Shown here one piece after another: positions 19,663-28,373 of a stretch of 64,000 nucleotides of DNA (positions are counted from its first letter, which is position 1; every line of letters begins with the position of its first letter). The notes beneath the pieces were generated by a model, which saw only the letters and a list, made by a program, of their open reading frames with translations, searched no databases and was not told where the DNA came from. The stretch comes from Alphaproteobacteria bacterium (GTDB taxonomy: Bacteria; Pseudomonadota; Alphaproteobacteria; UBA828), in assembly GCA_965220745.1 (NCBI GenBank), contig CBDCQT010000007.1:64001-128000 (forward strand), in the 5' to 3' direction. Made by a program: the position numbers and the translations under genes.

Positions 19663-19760
19663 GGTCTCCGCGCCGGCGGCGGCCGGCGGGTCCGGCGCGC
19701 GTCATCGGCGGGCGAGAAATTAGTTTCCCGCAGGTGCGGCGGTCAACAAACGGAGCGGCG

Positions 19761-21374
19761 ATGACGGCGACGGTGTTCGACCTGTTCGAGGCGGCGGCCC
19801 GGCGCGTGCCGGAGGGCGGCTGCCTCTGCGCGCCGCCCATGGCGGGCAGGTCCTACCATCCGGACGGCGTCGAGATCGACTACCGCGCGGCGCGCGAGCG
19901 AGTGGCGGCGCTCAGCGCCCTCTATCGCGCGGCAGGCTACGGCCGCGGCCACCGCGTGGCGCTGCTGCTGGAGAACCGGCCCGACTTCCACCTGCACTGG
20001 TGGGCGCTCAACGCATTCGGCTGCGGCATCGTGCCCATCAACCCGGCCTACCGGCAGGACGAGATGGTCTATCTCATCGACCATTCCGAGGCCGCGCTCG
20101 TGGTCTCGGTGCCGGAGCGGCGGGCCGATGTCGAGGCTGCGGTCCGCCTCTGCGAACATGCGGTGCCGATCGTCGATTCCGTCGTCCTTCCTGACCGGTT
20201 ACCCGCGCCTCTGGGCGGTGTTAGCGCCGGTGGCGAGCCCGGCATCGATGACGAGGCGGCGCTGCTCTACACCTCGGGCACCACCGGCCGGCCCAAGGGC
20301 TGCATCCTCACCAACCGCTACTTCCTCAACGCGGCCCGCTGGTACCGCGAGGCCGGCGGCCTGATGGCGCTGGAGGAGGGCTGCGAGCGGCTGCTAAACC
20401 CGCTGCCGCTCCACCACGCCAACGCGCTCGCCATCGGCAGCATGGCGATGCTGAGCGCAGCGGGCTGCATCGTCATGGCCGACCGCTTCCACCCCCGGAG
20501 CTGGTGGGCCGATGTGGCCGCCACCAGGGCCACGATCATCCACTATCTCGGAATCATGCCGCCGCTCCTGCTCAGCCTGCCGCCGGGGCCGCAAGACCGC
20601 GCCCATGCTGTCCGGTTCGGCGCCGGCGCCGGTATCGACCCCAAGCATCACGAAGCGTTCGAGGCGCGCTTCGGCTTCCCGCTCATCGAAGGCTGGGGCA
20701 TGACCGAGGTTGCTATGCCCACGTGGGCGAGCGTCGAGCCCCGGCAGACCGATACGCGTGCCTTCGGCCGCCCGCTCTCGGGCTGCGAGGTGCGGGTGGT
20801 CGACGACGAAGACCGCGCGGTGCCACCGGGCGTTCCGGGCGAGCTCACGCTGCGCATGACCGGCGACGATCCGCGCAGCGGACTCTTCTCCGGCTACCTG
20901 AAGGACTCGGACGCAACCGATGAAGCCTGGCGGGGCGGCTGGTTCCACACCGGCGATGTCGTGACGCAGGCTGCCGACGGCATGCTCTGCTTCGTCGACC
21001 GCAAGAAGAACATCATCCGCCGCAGCGGCGAGAACATCGCCGCCGCCGAGGTCGAGGCCGTGCTCCAGGCCGACGAGCGCGTGGCCCAGGCGGCGGTGGT
21101 CGCCGTGCCCGACGAGCTCCGCCAGGAGGAGGTCATGGCCTGCATCGTGCCGGAGCCGGGCGCCGGCGCGGACCGGGATGCGGCGGAGGCGCTGCAGGAC
21201 ACGTGCCTGGAGCGGCTCGCCTATTACAAGGCGCCCGGTTTTCTGCTGTTTCTCGATACGCTGCCGGTCACCAGCACGCAGAAGGTGCAGAAGGTGAAGC
21301 TCTTCCCCGACGGCACCGACCCGCGCCAGGTTGCGGGCTGCTACGACCTCCGCGCGCGCAAGCGCTCGCGATGA
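19761..21374 (+). CDS. AMP-dependent acyl-CoA ligase (CaiC-like)
   Basis: [37 protein letters not shown] before ATG 19761. Confidence 0.88.
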   Translation: MTATVFDLFEAAARRVPEGGCLCAPPMAGRSYHPDGVEIDYRAARERVAALSALYRAAGYGRGHRVALLLENRPDFHLHWWALNAFGCGIVPINPAYRQDEMVYLIDHSEAALVVSVPERRADVEAAVRLCEHAVPIVDSVVLPDRLPAPLGGVSAGGEPGIDDEAALLYTSGTTGRPKGCILTNRYFLNAARWYREAGGLMALEEGCERLLNPLPLHHANALAIGSMAMLSAAGCIVMADRFHPRSWWADVAATRATIIHYLGIMPPLLLSLPPGPQDRAHAVRFGAGAGIDPKHHEAFEARFGFPLIEGWGMTEVAMPTWASVEPRQTDTRAFGRPLSGCEVRVVDDEDRAVPPGVPGELTLRMTGDDPRSGLFSGYLKDSDATDEAWRGGWFHTGDVVTQAADGMLCFVDRKKNIIRRSGENIAAAEVEAVLQADERVAQAAVVAVPDELRQEEVMACIVPEPGAGADRDAAEALQDTCLERLAYYKAPGFLLFLDTLPVTSTQKVQKVKLFPDGTDPRQVAGCYDLRARKRSR

Positions 21375-21477
21375 CGCTCCCTCCCGACTTCGCGATGGTA
21401 TGGCGCCATGCTATACGCGGCGCCGCGAAACGGATATGCACGCCGCCTCCGGCGGCAAGAATGCGGGAACATCACCC

Positions 21478-22236
21478 ATGAGCGCGGATCGCAAGGTCGC
21501 CCTCGTCACGGGCGCGGGGCAGGGGATCGGCAAGGCGGCGGCGCACGCGCTGCTGGCCGACGGCTGGACCGTGGTCTTCTCCGGCCGCCGACAGGAAACG
21601 CTGGAGGCGGCCATCACCGAGGCCGGCGCGGGCGCGGACACGGCGATCGCCGTGACCTGCGATGTCGGCAAGCGGGAGGAGGTCGCGGCGCTCTTCGCCG
21701 AGACGAAGTCCGCGTTCGGCCGGCTGGACCTGCTCTTCAACAATGCTGGCATCAGCGCCCCGGCCGTGCCGCTCGAGGACCTCCGCTTCGACAAGTGGCA
21801 GCAGGTGGTCGATACCAACCTCACCGGCGTCTTCCTCTGCACCCAGGAAGCCTTTCGCATGATGAAGGCGCAGGAGCCCATGGGCGGGCGCATCGTCAAC
21901 AACGGCTCGATCTCGGCCCACGTGCCGCGGCCCAACTCGGCGCCCTACACCTCCACCAAGCACGCCGTGACCGGCCTTACCCGCTCGACCTCGCTCGACG
22001 GGCGCAAGTACAACATCGCCTGCGGTCAGATCGACGTGGGCAACGCGGCGACCGAGATGACCCAGCGCATGAGCCAGGGGGTGCCGCAGGCCGACGGCTC
22101 CATCGCCTCCGAGGCGACGATGGCGGTGGAGAACGTGGCCCAGGCGGTGGTCTACATGGCGCGTCTGCCGCTCGACGCCAACGTTCAGTTCATGACCGTG
22201 ATGGCGACGACGATGCCCTTCATCGGGCGGGGGTAA
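21478..22236 (+). CDS. short-chain dehydrogenase/reductase
   Basis: [17 protein letters not shown]. Confidence 0.88.
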   Translation: MSADRKVALVTGAGQGIGKAAAHALLADGWTVVFSGRRQETLEAAITEAGAGADTAIAVTCDVGKREEVAALFAETKSAFGRLDLLFNNAGISAPAVPLEDLRFDKWQQVVDTNLTGVFLCTQEAFRMMKAQEPMGGRIVNNGSISAHVPRPNSAPYTSTKHAVTGLTRSTSLDGRKYNIACGQIDVGNAATEMTQRMSQGVPQADGSIASEATMAVENVAQAVVYMARLPLDANVQFMTVMATTMPFIGRG

Positions 22237-22380
22237 GGCTTTCCTGCCGGAGTCCTAATCTCCATCACTTTGGCGCGGCCCACCCGGTATAACCATCGCC
22301 GTCCACAGATATGACCATCGAGGCATATCCGCAGCTTTCTCGTTGACGAGCGCTCACGGCGTGGGTGATGGTGGGCCGTC

Positions 22381-22734
22381 ATGGTCGAGATTGGCGGCTT
22401 TGTGGGCCTCGCCGCCCTGGTAATCGGACTCTTCGCGTGGATGCGCGGGGACATGCGGGCCATTCGCGCAGAATTGAAGAGCGATATCGGGCGACTTGAG
22501 GGCGGTCTTGCCGGTCTGCGCTCAGAGTTGAAGGGTGATATTGCTGACCTGCGTTCGGAACTGAAAGGCGACATTGGCACGTTGCGCGAAGGTCAGTCGG
22601 AGTTGCGCGAGGGGCAAACAGAGTTGCGCGAAGGCCAAGCGGAGCTGCGGGAGCGCATGGCGCGGCTCGAAGGACTGCTCGACGGCCTGCGTGAAGCCGT
22701 TACTTGGCGCTCCGGCCCGCGCGACGCCGCCTGA
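22381..22734 (+). CDS. small membrane-anchored coiled-coil repeat protein
   Basis: N-terminal TM helix, then 11-residue (RSELKGDI..L) and 7-residue (REGQ.EL) repeats. Confidence 0.75.
   Translation: MVEIGGFVGLAALVIGLFAWMRGDMRAIRAELKSDIGRLEGGLAGLRSELKGDIADLRSELKGDIGTLREGQSELREGQTELREGQAELRERMARLEGLLDGLREAVTWRSGPRDAA
22465..22653 (+). repeat. intragenic 33-bp and 21-bp degenerate tandem repeats
   Basis: Three RxELKxDI units, then cgcgaaggtcagtcggagttg / cgcgaggggcaaacagagttg / cgcgaaggccaagcggagctg. Confidence 0.8.
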
Positions 22735-22779
22735 CTGGACCCACCCCTCTTCGAGCGACATTCATCTCGCTCGCCAACT

Positions 22780-23790
22780 CTAACTCGCCAGAATCTCCCT
22801 GATCGCCTCGTTCTGGAAGGCCACGTCCGCCGGGCTGAGGAAGCTCGAGGCGAAGTGGCCGTAATAGGACTCGAACACGCGCAGTTCGGCGTTCGGCATG
22901 TTGGCGACCTCGATCTCGCTGTCCTCCGGCGGGAAGTAGAGGTCGGTCCGCCCCGGCATCACGATGGCCTTGGCCTTGATCCCGGCGAGCGCCTTCTTGA
23001 AGTCGCCGCCGTAAAGCTCGTTGTCGCCGATATCGCCGTTCTGCCAGGTCCAGAGCATGGCGAGCAGGTTGTTCGCGTCCTTGTGGATGAAGAACCCCTC
23101 CCAGAACGCCACCAGGAAATCCTCCAGCGATGAGAAGCCGAGCTTGAGGTCCTCCTCCACCCTGTAGAAGGTCTGGGAGAAGCCCCAGCCCGCATAGACC
23201 CGTGCCATGGCGCGGAGCCCCTTGGTGGGCGGCGCGTCGTACCAGCCGCCTTGCCAGGCGTCGTCGGCGGTGAGCGCCGCCTTTACGCCTTCTAGGAACA
23301 CGAAGTTGTGGCGCGAGCACTTGGCCGAGCCGCAGGTCGGCACGATGCGCTCCACCATGTCGGGGTAAAGGCAGCCCCAGTGGAAGGTCTGCAGCGCGCC
23401 CATGGACCAGCCGGTCACGAGCTTGATCCGCTCGATCCCGAACACCTCGGTCACGAGGCGATGCTGCAGGCGCACGTTGTCGTAGGCCGTCACGCCGGGG
23501 AAGCGCGCCTTGTCGTAGGGCGCCGGCGTGTTGCTTGGCGACGACGAGAGGCCGTTGCCCAGCATGTTCGGCACGATGATGAAGTACTGCCTGGGGTCGA
23601 GGGCCTGGTCCTCGCCGATGGTCCACTCCACGTCGGTGTGGTGGCCGGAATACCAGGTCGGCTGGATGATGACGTTGTCCTTCTTGGCGTTCAGTGTGCC
23701 GTAGGTCTTGTAGGCGAGCTTGGCGTCCCTGAGGGTCGCTCCCTTCTGCAGCACCACATCGCCCGCGTCGAAAATCTCGTAGTCGCTCAT
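22780..23790 (-). CDS. homoserine O-acetyltransferase-like alpha/beta hydrolase
   Basis: LAYKTYGTLN, NMLGNGLSSSPSN, GWSMG, TDLYFPP, YGH. Confidence 0.8.
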   Translation of the reverse strand: MSDYEIFDAGDVVLQKGATLRDAKLAYKTYGTLNAKKDNVIIQPTWYSGHHTDVEWTIGEDQALDPRQYFIIVPNMLGNGLSSSPSNTPAPYDKARFPGVTAYDNVRLQHRLVTEVFGIERIKLVTGWSMGALQTFHWGCLYPDMVERIVPTCGSAKCSRHNFVFLEGVKAALTADDAWQGGWYDAPPTKGLRAMARVYAGWGFSQTFYRVEEDLKLGFSSLEDFLVAFWEGFFIHKDANNLLAMLWTWQNGDIGDNELYGGDFKKALAGIKAKAIVMPGRTDLYFPPEDSEIEVANMPNAELRVFESYYGHFASSFLSPADVAFQNEAIREILAS

Positions 23791-23896
23791 CCCTCTCTCC
23801 CCCTGCCGCATGTGTATGGCCGGTTTGCTCCATCCTGAGCCGCCGGGCCGGGCGTTGCAATCGCCCGTGCGGGGCGGGTCTGATATCGTGCCTTGG

Positions 23897-24748
23897 ATGA
23901 GCGGTGATCAGGCGATCCGGGCGCTTCTGGAGTGGTACACGCTTGCCGGCGTCGACCAGGCGATCGGCCATGCGCCGCGCGATCGCTACCGGGAAGCGGC
24001 TGATGCGCTGGCGGCTGCGGCCGCGCCTCCGTTGACACCTGCGCCAGCTCTCACTCCCGAGCCTGCGGTCACGCGCGAGGCGGCGCCTGCTTCTCCTCCA
24101 CTGCCGACCGCACCCCTGCTTCCGCCCGGCGATGCCACCTGGAGCGCGCAGGAAATCGCCGCAGCCTGCACCAGTCTCGATCAGCTGGTGGCGGCCGTGC
24201 GCGCCTTCGACGGCTGCGCGCTCAAGCGCACCGCCACCAACACCGTGATCGGCGACGGCAATCCGCAAGCTGCGCTGATGATCGTGGGCGAGGCGCCGGG
24301 CGCCGAGGAGGACCGCCAGGGCCTCCCCTTCGTCGGGCCGGCGGGCCGGCTGCTGGACCGGATGCTGGCCGCCATCGGCCTCGACCGCTCAGCCGTCTAC
24401 ATCACCAACATGCTGCCCTGGCGGCCGCCAGGCAATCGCTCGCCCACCGCCGAGGAGCTCGCCATCTGCCAGCCCTTCCTGGAGCGCCAGATCGAGCTGA
24501 TCGCGCCCCGCATCCTGGTGCTGGTGGGCGGCATCGCCGCGAAGGCCCTGCTCAACAGGCGCGAGGGCATCACCCGCCTGCGCGGCCAGTGGTTCCCCTT
24601 CGCGACCCCGCGCATGGAGGGGACGATCCAGGCCACGGCGACCTTTCATCCCGCCTACCTGCTGCGCACACCGTCTGCGAAGCGCGAGGTATGGCGCGAC
24701 CTGTTGGACATCGAGGACAAGATGAAGAACGGAGAGACGGCGTCATGA
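23897..24748 (+). CDS. uracil-DNA glycosylase family 4
   Basis: VGEAPGAEED, PFVGPAG, WRPPGNRSP, TFHPAYLLR. Confidence 0.92.
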   Translation: MSGDQAIRALLEWYTLAGVDQAIGHAPRDRYREAADALAAAAAPPLTPAPALTPEPAVTREAAPASPPLPTAPLLPPGDATWSAQEIAAACTSLDQLVAAVRAFDGCALKRTATNTVIGDGNPQAALMIVGEAPGAEEDRQGLPFVGPAGRLLDRMLAAIGLDRSAVYITNMLPWRPPGNRSPTAEELAICQPFLERQIELIAPRILVLVGGIAAKALLNRREGITRLRGQWFPFATPRMEGTIQATATFHPAYLLRTPSAKREVWRDLLDIEDKMKNGETAS

Positions 24749-25293
24749 TCGGGATCGACGAGAAGCGGCCCTTCCGCGCCGTGAACATCGCGGTGCTCAC
24801 GGTATCGGACAGCCGCGGGCTCGCGGAGGATCGCTCGGGCCGGGTGTTGGTGGAGCGGATCGAAGGCGCCGGCCACCACGTCGCCGACCGCCGCATCATA
24901 GCCGACGAGCGGGCAGAGATCGTGGCGGCGCTCCAGGGCTGGATCGCCGATCCCGAGGTCGACGTGGTGATCGCCACCGGCGGCACCGGCGTCACCGGCC
25001 GCGATATTACGCCGGAGGCCTTCCACGACGTCTACGAGAAGGAGATACCGGGCTTCGGCGAGCTGTTCCGCCAGCTCAGCTACGACCTGATCGGCACGTC
25101 CACCCTGCAGTCGCGCACCACCGGCGGCGTCGCCGGCGGCACCTACCTGTTCGCGCTGCCCGGCTCGCCCGGTGCCTGCAAGGACGGCTGGGACAAGATC
25201 CTGCGCTACCAGCTCGACTACCGCTGGCGCCCCTGCAACCTGGTCGAGCTGATGCCGCGTCTGCAAGAAACGGAGCGCCGAGGCGCTGCCTAA
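24745..25293 (+). CDS. moaB: molybdenum cofactor biosynthesis protein B
   Basis: IAVLTVSD, TGGTGVTGRDITPEA, ALPGSPGAC, PCNLVE. Confidence 0.92.
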   Translation: MIGIDEKRPFRAVNIAVLTVSDSRGLAEDRSGRVLVERIEGAGHHVADRRIIADERAEIVAALQGWIADPEVDVVIATGGTGVTGRDITPEAFHDVYEKEIPGFGELFRQLSYDLIGTSTLQSRTTGGVAGGTYLFALPGSPGACKDGWDKILRYQLDYRWRPCNLVELMPRLQETERRGAA

Positions 25294-25305
25294 GAGGAGG
25301 AGAAC

Positions 25306-25698
25306 GTGGAGAAGGAAATCGTCGAGATCCCCAAGCTCTCAGACGCGATACGCGAGATCGGCGTGCCGCTCTCGCCCTGCGTGCGCGCAGGCGGCTTCCT
25401 CTACATCTCGGGCCTGCCGCCCCTCGACCTCGATTCAGGCCAGATGGTGAAGGGCGGAATCGACGTGCAGACCGAGCAGGTGATGGAGGTGCTGAAGCAC
25501 ACGCTGGAGAGCGCCGGCTCCTCGCTCGACCGCGTGGTGAAGTGCCAGGTCTTCGTCACCAACGCGGCCTACTACCGGATCGTGAACGAGATCTACGGGC
25601 GCTACTTCCCTCACGACCCGCCGGCGAGGACCTTCGTCGCCATGGCGTCCTGGCCGATGGAGTTCGACATCGAGATCGAGTGCGTCGCGCTCGCCTGA
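25306..25698 (+). CDS. RidA / YjgF family protein
   Basis: LYISG, VVKCQVF, PPARTFV, IEIECVA. AGAGGAGG RBS. Confidence 0.88.
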   Translation: MEKEIVEIPKLSDAIREIGVPLSPCVRAGGFLYISGLPPLDLDSGQMVKGGIDVQTEQVMEVLKHTLESAGSSLDRVVKCQVFVTNAAYYRIVNEIYGRYFPHDPPARTFVAMASWPMEFDIEIECVALA

Positions 25699-26381
25699 GC
25701 GCGCGAAATCAACGACTCACTCGCCTGAGCGCGCAAACGCAAAGAGTCGCTCGCCTGAGTGCAGGAGCTTGAAGTCCCCCTCGTGCGGGCACGCCAATTC
25801 CAATACGCGGCCCCGTCGTCGACATCGGCGAGGCGGTCGACCAGCGCGAGCCGAAACCCCGGAGGCAGCCCCCGCTCGGTATCCGTTAGCGCCCACGGGC
25901 TCGACCAGCGCACGCCCTGGAAGGGGTCGATTGCGCGGGCCCGCGGCCCCAACCCGATCAGCCAGTAGCCGCCGTCCTCCGCAGGTCCCAGCACCATGTC
26001 GGCGCGGCCCAGTGCCGCGAAGCCGCGCGCCACGTGGGCAGGCGTGAGGCCCGGAATATCGCTGCCGACGATGATCGCGGGCCCCGGCGGCAGGCTGCGG
26101 AAGACGCGCAGCATGCGTTGGCCGACATCGCCTGAGCCCTGCTCAAGGTGGGGCAGGGCGAAGGGCCAGAAGGGCTCCCGCCCCCGCCAGCCATCGGGCG
26201 TCGTCGCGAGCCACGCGCTCCAGCGCGGATCGCGGGCGAGCGGCGGCAGCACCCGGCGCACCAGCCGCCGGTAGAAAAGCCAGGCCTCGCCGTGCCCGAC
26301 ATCGCGGGCGAGCCGCGCCTTGGCCCGGCCGAGCCTTGGCTCCTTGACGAAGATCGCGAGGTGACGTGTGCCGGGTTTCAT
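25611..26381 (-). CDS. DUF2064 / TIGR04282-type glycosyltransferase-associated protein
   Basis: IFVKEPRLGRAKARL, QGSGDVGQRM, IVGSDIP, VLGPAEDGGYWLIGL. The ORF runs through the repeats and overlaps the RidA gene. Confidence 0.82.
   Translation of the reverse strand: MKPGTRHLAIFVKEPRLGRAKARLARDVGHGEAWLFYRRLVRRVLPPLARDPRWSAWLATTPDGWRGREPFWPFALPHLEQGSGDVGQRMLRVFRSLPPGPAIIVGSDIPGLTPAHVARGFAALGRADMVLGPAEDGGYWLIGLGPRARAIDPFQGVRWSSPWALTDTERGLPPGFRLALVDRLADVDDGAAYWNWRARTRGTSSSCTQASDSLRLRAQASESLISRAQASATHSISMSNSIGQDAMATKVLAGGS
25686..25763. repeat. three 30-bp-period direct repeats
   Basis: TCGCCTGAG core at 25691, 25721 and 25751; the first copy contains the RidA stop codon. Confidence 0.75.
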
Positions 26382-27079
26382 CCGTAGAGCCTCGCCACCG
26401 TCTCGGCCCGCACGCCGCAGGAGAAGAGCAGCAGGCAGCAAAAGTTTCGCAACATGCGGGGCAGGTATCCCGCGCGCCGAAAGCGCACGGCCGAGGTGAC
26501 CGCCGGCGTTCTCAGATAGGCAAGCCGCCGCCGGCCGATGCGACGCACGAGGTCCACATCTTCCATCATCGGCAGCGGGCGGAAGCCGCCCAGCGCCTCG
26601 TAGAGGCTGCGGTGGATCAAGAGCCCCTGGTCGCCGTAGGGCAGCGCGAACAACCAGCACCGCAGCGCCACCAGCCGCTCCAGAAGGCGCGCGGCGACGG
26701 CCCGGTCGTCGAGGGCGAAGCGGAAGCAGGCGGCGCGGCCCTGGTTGGCCGCCTGCGCGATGAAGGCGCTCACTTCATCGCCCCACCCCGGTGCCGGGCG
26801 CGTGTCGGCATGGAGGAAGAGCAGCCACGCGCCCTCCGCCGCCTCTGCTCCAGCCGCCAGCTGCCGGCCGCGGCCGGCCTCCGTCTCGACCACGCGCGCG
26901 TCGTGGCGGCGGGCTTCGTCGGCGGTGCCATCCCGCGAGCCGCCGTCGGCGACCACGACTTCGGCCGCCATCCCGCGCTCTTCTAGCCGGGCGACGCCGG
27001 GCGCGATGTCGGCAAGGGTCGCGCCGAGCACGCCGGCGGCGTCGAGGGTCGGAATCACGATGCTGAGGGTGGGCGGCAC
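26378..27079 (-). CDS. glycosyltransferase family 2, TIGR04283-type
   Basis: LSIVIPTL, VADGGSRDGT, GRGRQLAAGA, FLHADT, PYGDQG, MEDV. The start is approximate. Confidence 0.88.
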   Translation of the reverse strand: MPPTLSIVIPTLDAAGVLGATLADIAPGVARLEERGMAAEVVVADGGSRDGTADEARRHDARVVETEAGRGRQLAAGAEAAEGAWLLFLHADTRPAPGWGDEVSAFIAQAANQGRAACFRFALDDRAVAARLLERLVALRCWLFALPYGDQGLLIHRSLYEALGGFRPLPMMEDVDLVRRIGRRRLAYLRTPAVTSAVRFRRAGYLPRMLRNFCCLLLFSCGVRAETVARLYG

Positions 27080-27146
27080 GGGGCGGACGATGGCTGTTAG
27101 CCCGTGCAGCGTCAATCCCGCCCAGTTCACAACTCCGAGACAACGC

Positions 27147-27175
27147 TTGACCTGCCCGCGCCGGGGCTTCAGAGT
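27147..27175 (+). promoter_or_regulatory. putative sigma70 promoter for the 50-aa gene
   Basis: TTGACC-N17-CAGAGT. Confidence 0.35.
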
Positions 27176-27244
27176 GACCGTCAAACAGGACGGCGCGCCG
27201 GCGGCCCTAGCTGCGCGGCGCGTCGTGTGACGGGAGCGTGAGAC

Positions 27245-27397
27245 ATGTTCAGCCCGATGAAGCTGCTAATCCTCGTGGTGCTGATTGCGGCCGTCTGGTT
27301 CGGCTTCAAGGCAATCGGCCGGGTGCGCGCCAAGGCCAAGGCCGCGGAGCCGCTCGAGCACGAGGAGCATCAGAACATCGACGACAACCGCCGTTAA
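27245..27397 (+). CDS. 50-aa single-pass membrane protein
   Basis: MFSPMKLLILVVLIAAVWFGFKAIGRVRAKAKAAEPLEHEEHQNIDDNRR; GGGAG RBS; below the ORF-track length cutoff. Confidence 0.7.
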   Translation: MFSPMKLLILVVLIAAVWFGFKAIGRVRAKAKAAEPLEHEEHQNIDDNRR

Positions 27398-27497
27398 CGC
27401 ACGCTCCCGCGGCAACTGCGGGGCATCCGCGCGGTTGACCGCTGCCTAAGCGGGGGGCATTGTCCGCCCGCCCATTCACCCGAATCGCTGGCCTTCG

Positions 27498-28370
27498 ATG
27501 GACGCCAACAGTCGCGACCGGTCGTTCCAGTCGCTCATCCTTGGCCTGCAGGCCTATTGGGCGGAGCGCGGCTGCGTCATCCTGCAACCCTACGACATGG
27601 AGGTCGGCGCCGGCACCTTCCATCCCGCGACCACGCTGCGCAGCCTGGGCCCTGAGCCCTGGCGCACAGCCTACGTCCAGCCCTCCCGCCGGCCGGGCGA
27701 CGGCCGCTACGGCGAGAATCCCAACCGGCTCCAACACTACTACCAGTTCCAGGTGCTCCTGAAGCCCGCGCCCGAAGACGTGCAGCACCAGTATCTCGGC
27801 AGCCTGGGCGCGCTCGGCATCGACGTCCGCGCCCACGACATCCGCTTCGTCGAGGACGACTGGGAGAGCCCGACGCTGGGCGCCTGGGGCCTCGGCTGGG
27901 AGGTCTGGTGCGACGGCATGGAGGTCACCCAATTCACCTACTTCCAGCAGGTGGGCGGGATCGACTGCGACCCCGTCCCCGTCGAGCTTACCTACGGCAT
28001 GGAGCGCCTCGCCATGTACGTGCAGGGCGTCGACAACGTGTACGACCTCGATTGGGACGGCCACGGCACGGTCTACGGCGACGTGTTCCTGCGCGCCGAG
28101 CGCGAGTTCTCGGCCTTCAACTTCGAGCACGCCGATATCGACCGCCTGCGCAATCACTTCAGCGATGCCGAGGCGGAGTGCACCGCGCTGCTCGCCGGCG
28201 ACAAGCCGCTGGCGCTGCCGGCCTACGACCAGTGCATGAAGGCCAGCCACCTCTTCAACCTGCTGGACGCACGCGGCGCGATCAGCGTGGTGGAACGCGC
28301 GGCCTACATCGGGCGCGTGCGCGCGCTGGCCAAGGCCTGCTGCGAGGCCTGGCTGGCGGGGTCGGACTAA
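27498..28370 (+). CDS. glyQ: glycine--tRNA ligase alpha subunit
   Basis: [43 protein letters not shown]. Confidence 0.97.
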   Translation: MDANSRDRSFQSLILGLQAYWAERGCVILQPYDMEVGAGTFHPATTLRSLGPEPWRTAYVQPSRRPGDGRYGENPNRLQHYYQFQVLLKPAPEDVQHQYLGSLGALGIDVRAHDIRFVEDDWESPTLGAWGLGWEVWCDGMEVTQFTYFQQVGGIDCDPVPVELTYGMERLAMYVQGVDNVYDLDWDGHGTVYGDVFLRAEREFSAFNFEHADIDRLRNHFSDAEAECTALLAGDKPLALPAYDQCMKASHLFNLLDARGAISVVERAAYIGRVRALAKACCEAWLAGSD

Positions 28371-28373
28371 GCC

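Noticed and set aside
25686-25763. 30-bp-period repeats as a mini CRISPR array
   Set aside because: The core is only ~15 bp, the linkers are ~15 bp and resemble each other, and there are no cas genes.
27398-27497. T-box or glycine riboswitch before glyQ
   Set aside because: There is only ~100 bp, containing a plain TTGACC-N17-CATTGT promoter candidate and no consensus motifs.
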